Assembly: GCA_026025075.1 (NCBI GenBank) | Contig: JAPEUI010000009.1 | Coordinates: forward strand, 124,001-188,000 | Direction of reading: 5' to 3' | DNA length: 64,000 nt | Source: Vezdaea acicularis | Taxonomy: Eukaryota | In this document: positions 34,863 through 44,919 of the stretch, piece by piece | Position numbering within the stretch: the first letter of the stretch is position 1 | Layout of the letters: every line of letters starts with the position of its first letter | The notes under the pieces: model-generated | Told to the model about the DNA's origin: nothing | What the model saw: only the letters and a program-made list of their open reading frames with translations | The model's database searches: none | Translations under genes and position numbers: made by a program

Positions 34863-36746
34863 ATGGCGTTCAAGCGGGAGGTCAGTTCTGCGTTCTTTGA
34901 AACTCTTGCTCGTGTGGGACCCATGCCCGGTTTCCTCTGGTTGGATGCTCTATTCATCTTCCTCATCTACTTTTACTTCGTTCAGAAGTATCGGTACCGC
35001 AATATCCATGCGATCGCAAAGAAATTTGGGTTCAACGGCTACTACAGGTCCTACTCTCAGATGACCCTAGAGCAGGCTCAAGAGGTAGTGGTCAACATGG
35101 CTACGCAGGATTTCCCGTGGCTATTTGAGTTTGGCTGGCTTGCGCAATTCATCAAGGTATGTCACGCAACGAGCACGAGCTCCTATCCTGTTGTTCTCTT
35201 GCTCTTGGTTTTCCCTGCGCCCCCTTGTTCAAGCGTGTAGACGCCTGGCTCTTTTTCGTTCCGCTTCATCTCTAATTTTGAATCTCAACAACCCTTTAAG
35301 ATTATCTGTTTTCTCTCTATGAGAAAGCCATCTCCTATCGTAATGCGCGGTGGCGATGAGGCTCATCGCATACACGCTGCTGCTGTCGGTCCGCAGGCGT
35401 CTGGCTTCAGAAAACTAACACACCATGTCGCAGACCGTTAATGCGCCCGTTGTTTCGGAACTTCTCGATAGATCTGGGCACTTTAATAGCAAAGATCCCA
35501 TGGTTGCTCACCGACGCCAACAAGACACAGTGTGCCTGATGACGGGACTCATGGTCCAGCCATTTGGATCAGAGATCCACTCCCTTGCCGTTGCTCGCAT
35601 TAATGAACACCACAACCAATACGGCAAAAGCCTTAATTCTGACACAACACTTTACCTTGGTAAGCTTAAGCATCCCTATTATTGACCTGATATGAGACTA
35701 ACACCGACACATTTCAGTCTGGATGTGGACGATGGGGCCAATCGACGTGATCAACATGTTTGGATGGCGCAAGCTAGAAGACTTCGAGAAGGAGGCACTA
35801 TGGAGGCTCTGGCGCGAGCTAGCTGTTCGACTAGGTTGCAAATATGTACCAGTAACGTTAGATGAGATGATTATCTGGAAGGATGTAAGTTACAAATTCG
35901 CACGGAGAGAGGCTACCTGCTTACCCTGGCCAGCGCTTTGCTGCTCAGGAAGTCCACCCGCATCCGTTGAATACTAAATGCGGCGACTCCATGCTCGACA
36001 TGATGCTCTACAAAGTACCTGCCCTCCTAAAGCCTCTTGGCAGGGTAGCCTTGATCTCCATGCTAGATTCTGAGGTTGTCTGGGCGAACATGTGAGTGTC
36101 CTTATTGTTTCGGCCTCCTGTTAATCGTCGCTAACTCCTTGCGTGAAGGTGGATGTCTGAGTTCTCTCCTTGGATGCGTTACATCCTCTTTGTATGCCTC
36201 AAGGGGTATTACGGAACGTTCCAGAGACACTTCGTGCTCCCTAGAATCTGGGCTCGTCAGCTCTCACCCACCAAACCAAACTCTGCTGGTCTGTGGAATT
36301 TCCCAAACTACACTTATCCAAGCTCGCCATTCTACAACCGCGCCACTCTGTGGAACAGTTGGGGCCCTTTCGCCTTGATCGACCGCTTACGAGGCCTCCC
36401 TATCCCTGGCCTCAAGTACGACAGCCAAGGCACTCGCTGGGAAGCCATGGGGGCGAAATACGGCCAGCAGCAATCCAGACTCGAACGTCGCATTCGCGAA
36501 CAGGCTGAGATCCTTCAAAAGGCCAAACCTGGCTACCGCGCTGCTGTCAAGTTTCAGCCTCTTCCGCTCATCAAGCCGTTTGATGCGGGCTACGGTACTC
36601 CCGAGCACGCCTATCCACTTGACTGCGGTACGATGGATTCTGGGTTCAGCGTGTCGGCTAAGTCAAAGGCGGGGCTCGGCGATGCAACGTTTCTTGTGAA
36701 TGGGGCGAAGGTGGATGTTGTCGGAGTAAAAGACATCAAGGCATGA
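34863..36746 (+). CDS. ER-bound oxygenase MpaB/MpaB'-like protein (latex-clearing/rubber oxygenase-like domain)
   Basis: N-terminal TM segment then RYR, MTLEQAQ...DFPWLF, RRQQDT, LAVARINEHHNQY, FGWRKL..FEKEALWRLWRELAVRLG. Four introns at 35157-35433, ~35660-35717, ~35885-35934 and ~36092-36148. Confidence 0.82.
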
Positions 36747-37852
36747 TCGTGATGGGGCTTCAACCTTGCAACCTTGTCAGGTTTGACGTGTTAGGCAATC
36801 TATATAGTCCGCCACAATAGACACATTCTATTTATCCTCATTCCTTCTTTGCTAGTGGCCGTCAGCTTGCCAAGTTTTGTGATTGCTTTGTCCGCCGGCG
36901 AGTGATGCTTTAGAATGTACGAGTATGATTAAGCCCCTGTGTTGGCGAGCCCTATTGCCCTCGACTCTCTGACCCTGTTGACACTGACACTTTCTGCCCA
37001 CACGATCATGACTGCATTGATGCACGTTTTCACGTCATGGTCATTTTCACTAGATACGATTATCGCTAGGATCTGACCTTGTAGGCTTTATAAAAGCCAC
37101 CCCATTCTTTCCATAATCTTAGTCTACACCTACGACTCCACTAATACGGGAAGTAGATCTCTAAGTCCAGCTGAATACCCCTATGTTCTGGTCGGAGCAG
37201 AATTCTTCAGGTTCCGGCGTGTAAGTGGGGAGAAAGGAATCGCGAATGACGTGAAGGGGAAATTTTGGCTTGGTGGGGAGGGTAAGAGGGGATCGTGTGG
37301 GGGGATAGTCTGCCTCCATTCCTTCGTCCCATAAGAGACTGTTACTATCTAGAGAAAGACGCCACTTCTACACAAACAATATCAAGTTCCAATAACCCTC
37401 TTTCTAATTGAGGGCTATGGTCAGCTCCTAAGCTTAACCTTAAAATCAAGCTTAACATGTGCTGACGTGAGAACTGAGATTATGCGGAATATGTGCAACA
37501 ATCATGAAATCAGTATGCGCGTAAAGCCACGAGAATTATATATAGTATATCTGTGCAGCGTTATCATTGCGATTGACTTTGCAAACCCTTACTCTAATAG
37601 CTTTGGGGAATGGGTCCGTCGCTACAAGCTCGAATTCGGGATCTCAACTCTCGCTCTTAAACCCGGCCTTAAACCCTTGCTCCGGATTCGTCCGAGCAAG
37701 GATGGGGGAAACACTGGGGCCAAGGCCGCTTCTAACCTTGGAGCTTCTTCCCATACCTTCGTTCTTCAATGCTCCTCCTACATGCTCCCATTCGACTCCA
37801 GTCCCGGATAATCATCGTCTCAAGACGCTTTCTTTCTTCATCTTCGCCCAGA

Positions 37853-39160
37853 ATGGCAGACGCACCCAAAGAATTGCAGGAGTCTTTCAAGAACAGCAAA
37901 GCCGAATATAGGCGGCTTGGGAAGAGTGGATTGAAGGTCTCAGTACCGATCCTTGGTGCTATGAGCTATGGAAATAAAAAATGGTTGCCTTGGGTACTGG
38001 AGGAGGAAGAGGTGTGTTTGTTCTGGGGCCCTCGCTAGATCTATGACGTCGATCATATATTCGAATTTTGGGACCGTATCAGAGCTAATTAACTTTGCGG
38101 TTTAGTCTTTACCGCTCTTAAAAGCGGCTTATGATCGTGGAATCAATACAGTAAGGCTCAGATCTCAATGCGGGGGCTTCTGCTAATATTCTTGTAGTGG
38201 GATACGGCTAATGTCTATTCCAATGGGACATCTGAGATTATCATCGGAAAAGCCTTGAAGAAATATGAAATTCCACGAAGTAAGGTATTGATTTTCACGA
38301 AATGCTTCTTCACGGTTGGTCAGCAGCAGGACGTCAGCGGTATGCGTCATGGAGACATGGTGAAAGTGAGCAAAGACTATGTGAATCTAACTGGTGAGCT
38401 CTGATGGACCTCCAAAACCTCATTCGGCACTAAATGAAACCAGGACTCTCAAGAGCTGCAATCTTCAACTCTGTGAATGACTCTCTCGCGCGGCTACAGA
38501 CGGATTACATCGATCTTTACCAGATCCACAGATTCGACCCCAATGTCCCGATCGAGGAAACCATGGAGGCACTGCATGATCTCGTCCGAAGCGGGAAAGT
38601 CCGTTACATCGGTGCAAGTTCCATGTGGACATACCAATTTGCAATGATGCAGTTCGTGGCCGAAAAGCATGGCTGGACAAAGTTCATTAGCATGCAGAAT
38701 CACTACAGTCTTGTTTACCGAGAAGAAGAAAGGGAAATGAACAAGTTCTGCAACGAGACTGGCGTGGGTCTGATACCAGTTCGTCTCCATCGGTTCTACA
38801 TTATCAAACGTGCAAGCTAATCGTCAAAAGTGGTCCCCCCTTTCTGGCGGCCGTCTAGCACGACCCGTCTCCGACCACGGAAGCACGGAGCGCTCTTCAG
38901 GGGGCGTGTCAATGGGCGGCTCATTCGACGCGACCGACAAGATCATCGGACGTGTTCAGGAGATTGCCGAGAGGAATCAGTGGACTATGAGCCAGGTGGC
39001 ATTGGCCTGGATCAACAATCGGGTCAGCAGTCCGATCGTGGGTCTCAGTAGTGTGGCGCGCATGGAGGAGGCGCTAGAGGTGCGCGGAAAGAAGCTGACG
39101 GATGAGGACGAGAAGTATCTTGAGGAGCCGTATCAGGCTGTCCCGAATTGGGGGTTCTAG
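37853..39160 (+). CDS. Aldo-keto reductase (aryl-alcohol dehydrogenase/YajO-like)
   Basis: [70 protein letters not shown] and WSPL motifs. Four introns. Confidence 0.95.
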
Positions 39161-39993
39161 TTGTACTGCACCTTTGTCGGATGGTATAAGCGAGGGTATA
39201 TGAGACAAGACGATAAAGGAGTTCAGCACTTGAACTAATAAACCTTCAAGACCCAGAGAATAGTAGTCACCAATACGATCATTAATCCAAGCCGCACGGC
39301 CCACAGCCTGTGGATGTGGGTGCAGCGCTAGCGCAGTAAGATGAACCGTATATGCAAATATCTATCAAGTGGTAAAGCTCTTTTGACAGCCTTTAAGAAG
39401 CAGCCGATCTGTCCATGCAGTGAGCTTCAAGGATACTAAACCCACCCTCTAGGCGGATGATCTACAAAGCACGATACCTATGTGAAACCAGGCATTACGA
39501 ATATCGCAGAACAACACTTAGGCAGAAATCGGTCGGTTGCACAGGATATATCGAGAGCAATCCACAATAAAGCATTAAGACTACTCTCACCAGGTTCCGA
39601 CATGTCTCAGAATAATGCCGTGGTGAATGTTATTTCGCCTTCGATAAGACATGCTCTCTTGGACAGTACCCTTCAATTCGAGCCTGTGTTTCGAATCAAT
39701 TCAGCGAGTTTTTTCTTTTGCTTTCTTGGGGGGTCGTGTGAATGATGTGTTGGTGCTGAGAAGATGCGTAATTGATATAGCTGTCCAGAGGATAGGTATA
39801 TAAGGATATACCTTTTCCCAAGGTTACATTCACTTTTCATACTCGTTCCTTTCGCTATACTTAGTCCTAAGTATATGCATATTCTCGGGCTCTCGTTTCC
39901 TCTCTATACTCATCCCTTTCTTCATACTTGACCCTAAGTATATTCATCTCATTCCATCTTTAAATATCTCAATCTTTCCCGCTAGGCCTCAAT

Positions 39994-40788
39994 ATGAAGG
40001 CCTCTCAAAAACATAGAAGGGCTCGACTTTTCCTCAACGGCCAAATAAATGCATACCCAAACTACAAGCAAGCACGAGCTGATGCGCAGGCTCAGCTCCA
40101 GCCCGCCAAGCCCGAGCCAATCATTCTCTCGCGCGCTCGCACCAAGCTCTTGATGGAAGGCATAACAACCGGGCGTGACTGGGCAACTACCTGTTCCGTG
40201 TACGCCCAATCCTATAGGGACAGGAGCAGCGACATCCAGCTCTGGAACGCGTTCATCCACACGCTCATAGTGATCGGAACCAACGAGACCATAGGCTTAG
40301 ACGTCATCGACAAGCTACGGGTGATCGAGACTTCAATCCGCAAGGATCACCCCGACGACAAGGATGCGATAACCCTTCCCTTCACAACGGCCGAAGCCCA
40401 GCGCGAGACCGACCTCATGGCGAGCGTCACTGGTGCTCAGCATCCATGTGCTTTTCCTCCGCCGCAGAATGTACCAGAGCCCAGCAATACCTCTCCAACC
40501 CCATCACCACAAATCGCCGCCGCACCGTCCAGCGATTCCACCCCTGACACCACCCCAGGCATCTCAAGTGGCCTCAATCCAGCAACGATCGGTGGAATCT
40601 ACAAGCCCTGCTGGCTCCGACTGGCCGAGCTCCGGCGCGAGAAAGCCGAAACAAGGTTTCTTCGCCATAGCGCGGTTAGGAGGAGGCTCATACGTGATGG
40701 TGTGCGGGCTGTTGCTACTTTTGCCCTTGCTGGTGGCGTTTATGTCCTTCAGAAGACGGCTGCGGGGCAGTTGAAGCTTAGGAAGTGA
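39994..40788 (+). CDS. 264-aa orphan carrying the microprotein A/B motif (aa ~45-87) and a C-terminal hydrophobic tail-anchor-like segment
   Basis: Intronless ORF with TATATAA at 39797. Contains LSRARTKLLMEGITTGRDWATTCSVYAQSYRDRSSDIQLWNAF and ends GVRAVATFALAGGVYVLQKTAAGQLKLRK. Confidence 0.7.
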   Translation: MKASQKHRRARLFLNGQINAYPNYKQARADAQAQLQPAKPEPIILSRARTKLLMEGITTGRDWATTCSVYAQSYRDRSSDIQLWNAFIHTLIVIGTNETIGLDVIDKLRVIETSIRKDHPDDKDAITLPFTTAEAQRETDLMASVTGAQHPCAFPPPQNVPEPSNTSPTPSPQIAAAPSSDSTPDTTPGISSGLNPATIGGIYKPCWLRLAELRREKAETRFLRHSAVRRRLIRDGVRAVATFALAGGVYVLQKTAAGQLKLRK

Positions 40789-41082
40789 AGGGGAAAGTAT
40801 GGCGGTTATTGTTCTCTAGGATTTCTGGTTGATGTTGGGTAGCAGCCTAGATATCTTGGCTTGAGGCTGGCAGGGGGTTACATGGATTCAGCTTGATTGG
40901 GGAGGGAACTACAGGTAAGGAAATTGCTGGGGCATTAGCACCAACTGCTTATGTTGCTTGTTTTTCTCCTGTTGCTCATCTTAGTGGTATCATCCTCTGG
41001 GTCACGACGACTAGAGTAGTAGCTGTAGTAATGTTAAACCTAGATGTCTAATGGTACAAACTAATTCCACCTAATGCTATGC

Positions 41083-42482
41083 CTATTCAAGAAGCGACGC
41101 CTGATTGGTATACAGCACATCGACGACGGAGCTTAGCTTCGCAATCGTCTCCAGCGCAGCATCATACCCCTGATCCCTCTCCGCCTCATCATACACAATG
41201 AGACACCCGGCCCCCTGATCCAGCACGCCCGTAATCTTCTTATCGAGGATCATCTGGCTCAGCTTGCGCTCGACCTGGGGCGTATCCAGCCCGACCATCT
41301 TCGCGACGTGCGCGATCTCCACACGGCTGAACGGCTCGATGATCTTGATCAGATTCTGCTCCAGCATGCTGTCGTACAGGCGCAGGAAGTGCCCGCGGAT
41401 GATGACGTCGCGGCCGAGCTCGTTCTTGTAGTCTTCCAGCGCTTTCTCGTATGCTTCGAGGCTGCGGTCGGCGTGCGCGCGGGCGACGGCTTTCATTGCT
41501 TCGAGGCCTTTGCCGGCGTACTTGAGGGCGGTTTTGGAGGTCATGAGCGAGTTGACGTCGTCGACGAGGTTGAGCATGATTTTGCATAGGAGCATGTATT
41601 GCAGGGCGGAGGTGGCTTTTTTGCCCTCGTCTTGCGAGTTGTAGCCTTCCATTGCTTCGATGAAGTAGGAGAAGGCGGTGTTGAAGTCCTTTTCTTCGGC
41701 GTGGAGGATGCCAGACTGCATGTCTAGGCCTGCTTGGAGCATTGGAGGGGTATAGACTGATGCGGCGGAGGTGCGGGCTGAGGTTAGGGCGGATCGCGCT
41801 TTTGCTTGGTTGCCCAGGGAGTGTAGAACGCGTGATTCAAGGAGTTGGACCTCGACGAGGACGAGCTTGTCATCGAGGCGTTTTAGCTCCTTGAGGAGGC
41901 GGTTGATGAGCTCTATAGCTTTGTAGTTGTCTGGCTTCTGCATGTATAGAGTGACTAGCCGTGTCTCGAGGTTTTGGCGCAGGAAACCCCGGCGCTCTGA
42001 AATTGCCCATTCGATACATGATTTGGTCACGGAGATTTGGAGGTCGACGGTGTTGGGGATGGTGGAGAACAGGTCTAGAAGTTGGCGTACTGTTTGCGAG
42101 TTAGAAACAGGTGCTAGCGCAAGTCTACCATATGTGCTCATGTGGGTGTATGTGTGACAAACCTAGCTTCGCCGTCTTTGCCTTTGCAAACGAAGAGAGA
42201 ACGGACCGACTTGTTCGTACCAGCTCTGCAAGCTCTTCCGCTCTCCTGTGGGTTTTGTCAGCATAAAATTCGTATTATAAAAACCAAAACATCTCACTTG
42301 TGATCTCGATACAGCTCTCCGAGGCCCATGAGCGCCTGCTCATAGTCTAGTAAAGCCGCCTCTGTCGAACCGGGCCCCTTCGCCAGAATCTCCTTGTAGA
42401 TAGCTTCAGCCTTGCGCTGATCATCCTTCGCAAGCTTCTTTGCCTCCTCTATCCTCTTAGCGTCTGGTGTGCCTTGCGCCAT
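41083..42482 (-). CDS. RPN6: 26S proteasome lid subunit Rpn6 (PCI domain)
   Basis: FAKAKTAKL|VRQLLD, FLRQNLETRL, ELKRLDDKLVLVEVQLLES, LEQNLIKIIEPFSRVEI and KLSQMILDK. Two introns. Confidence 0.97.
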
Positions 42483-42711
42483 GTCGTACAAGTTATCTTA
42501 GTTGTTGTATACCACCAGCACTTACGAAATGCTAGATCGGATGAAGCTCTTATGGGTTCGAATTTCCAGACTTGGCGAGTTTGCACACCCTGGGAGCACG
42601 TTTGCTTCGGAAAAAAGTTCGCGCACACCTCGGATTGGACACTGCTTGATCTCATAGCTAACATTACAATGACTATCAATTTATAGCAGAACGGCCAGAA
42701 GATAACTCATC

Positions 42712-44126
42712 ATGGTTGCCTCTCCTCTCTTCCCTCACCTTTTTAGTATGCTAATTCGCTCTTCCGCTAGAAAATTAAGGCCCTCACCCGCCCCTCATCC
42801 TCCGTTCAAACACCCGGAAGCACCGTCCAAAAAGCCCCGCGCAACCTCGACCCAAATCTACACCCCTTCGCCCGCGCCCGCGAATACACACGTGCTCTGA
42901 ACGCTACGAAACTCTCCCGCGTCTTCGCTGCGCCTTTCATCGCCCAGCTGGGTAACGGGCACGTCGATGGCGTCTATGCCCTTGCTACTGACCCGGCCAG
43001 CCTTACCCGCCTTGCGAGCGGCAGCGGAGACGGCGTCGTCAAGGTCTGGGACTTGCCCAGCAGGCGAGAGGTATGGCAGGTACAGGCGCACGGGGCTAGC
43101 TCGATAGTGAAGGACGTCTGCTGGACGCACGATGCCAAGCTGCTCACCTGTTCGGCGGACAAGACTATCAAGCTTTTCGACCCCTACGACCCCGCCTCGA
43201 CCAACAACAACCACCCCCTGACGTCCTTCCTCGGCAGCACAGCCTTCAACGCCCTCTCTCACCACCGCAGCGACCCTGTCTTCGCCGCCGCAGGCAGCAG
43301 CAGCATATTCATCTACGACCTGACCCAACACTCAACTAGCACCGCACTCCAAACCCTCCGCTGGCCCACCACCGACGACACAATCCGCAGCATAAGCTTC
43401 AACCCGACCGAGACCTCCCTCCTCGCCTCCTGCTCCACCGACCGCTCTCTCATCCTCTACGACCTACGCACCTCCACCCCCCTCCACAAAAGCATCCTAA
43501 CCCACCCCCTGAACGCCCTCTCCTGGAACCCTATGGAAGCCTTCAACCTCGCCGCCGCAAGCGAAGACCACAACATCTACCTCTTCGACAGTCGCAACCT
43601 CTCGCGCGCCCTCAACGTCCTCCGCGACCACGTCCACGCCGTAATGGACGTCCGCTTCAGCCCCACCGGCGAGGAACTCGTCTCCGCCTCCTACGACCGC
43701 TCCATCCGCCTCTGGCGCCGCGCCGACGGCCACTCCCGCGACATCTACCACACCAAGCGCATGCAGCGCGTCTTCCGCTGCGCCTTCTCCCCCGACGCGA
43801 CATACCTCCTCAGCGGCTCCGACGACGGCAACATCCGGCTCTGGCGCGCGCAAGCCTCCGAGCGCGGCGGCATCAAGTCCGCCCGCGAGCGCCAGAAGCG
43901 CGAATACGACGACGTTCTGAAGAGTAGGTATGCTCACCTCCCTGAGATCAGACGTATCGATCGCCATCGCCACTTGCCCCGCGTCGTCAAGAAGGCGGCG
44001 GAGATTAAGCGCGAGGAACTCGCCGCGTTGAAGCGTAGGAGGGAGAATGAAAGAAAGCATTCGAAGCTGGGTAAGACGCGGAGGAGAAGCGAAAGAGAGA
44101 AGGTCGTGCTGGCGGAGGAGGAGTAA
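42712..44126 (+). CDS. SOF1: U3 snoRNP/SSU processome WD40 protein Sof1 (DCAF13)
   Basis: M|KIKALTR...RNLDPNLHPFARAREYTRALNATKL, GHVDGVY, WNPMEAFN, SRDIYHTKRMQ and SGSDDGNIRLW. Intron 42715-42770 follows the ATG directly. Confidence 0.97.
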
Positions 44127-44919
44127 TATGTATGGTAGTAGTAGTTGTGGTAGCAATTAGAAAGGCAGCAAGAGCAGCAGCTGGTATACATTCAAAAGGA
44201 TTCATAGTTGGCAAGGCGCAATGGGAATAGCCCATCGTACGCCTCTACCAGCCATCCCCAACACTCCACGGCGATTAAGCGCTAATAGCGCGCCTGTATA
44301 TAAAACTTTGGGCGGCACATGACCCTTCCCACCGGGATTACCGCCCCATAGCAACAACAGCATTAACGCGCGAGGATATTCCATTGGATAAGGCTGAGAA
44401 GGAGGAGAGACGTGGAAAGGGAAGGAAAGGAAGGGAAACAGGACAGGAACATGGGTGTTTTTTCTGGCGTTACGACCATATATGTACTACCTCCATGTCG
44501 TTGACCCTTGCCGGCCGCCTGGCTGGTTGGTTGGCTGGACGAGAGTTGGGGGTAAGATGCAGTAGGAGCTAGAGGTGTGTGAGGAAGAGATATAGAGAGA
44601 GCAATTGAGCAATTTAAGGGTATCAGAAAAGTTCCTATCCACGCATCCATCCGTCCATCCGTCCATCCGCCCACCAGTCGTTGAACAGGAAAAAAGAAAG
44701 CAAGAAAAACGGAGTAGGATATAATAGAGGAATCATGTACGCTCCGCCCGCCTTTTTGTCGCCACAGCCCTTGCCACGCCCATGCCATGCCCACGAAATT
44801 AATTGGCTGGTCGAGAGCAAGCTTTTTTGGACTCCGCTTAGGAAGCCCTGCCTCTCCTTTACTCATTCATTCATCCTCCCCTCTGATCTCCCCCTTCCCA
44901 AAACCCATGAAAAAGAAAC

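Noticed and set aside
35157..35433. TPP riboswitch or hammerhead ribozyme in the long MpaB-like intron
   Set aside because: Lacks the CTGAGA and GATNNNGNTAAT...GCG TPP core and the CTGANGA/GAAA hammerhead core. Kept only as an unclassified structure candidate.
37380..37700. AT/TpA-rich patch suggesting a RIP-degraded transposon
   Set aside because: Short, with no terminal repeats or transposase/RT remnants; compatible with ordinary promoter DNA.
43497..44156. 219-aa minus-strand ORF
   Set aside because: Antisense to SOF1; open only because of the extreme C-ending codon usage.
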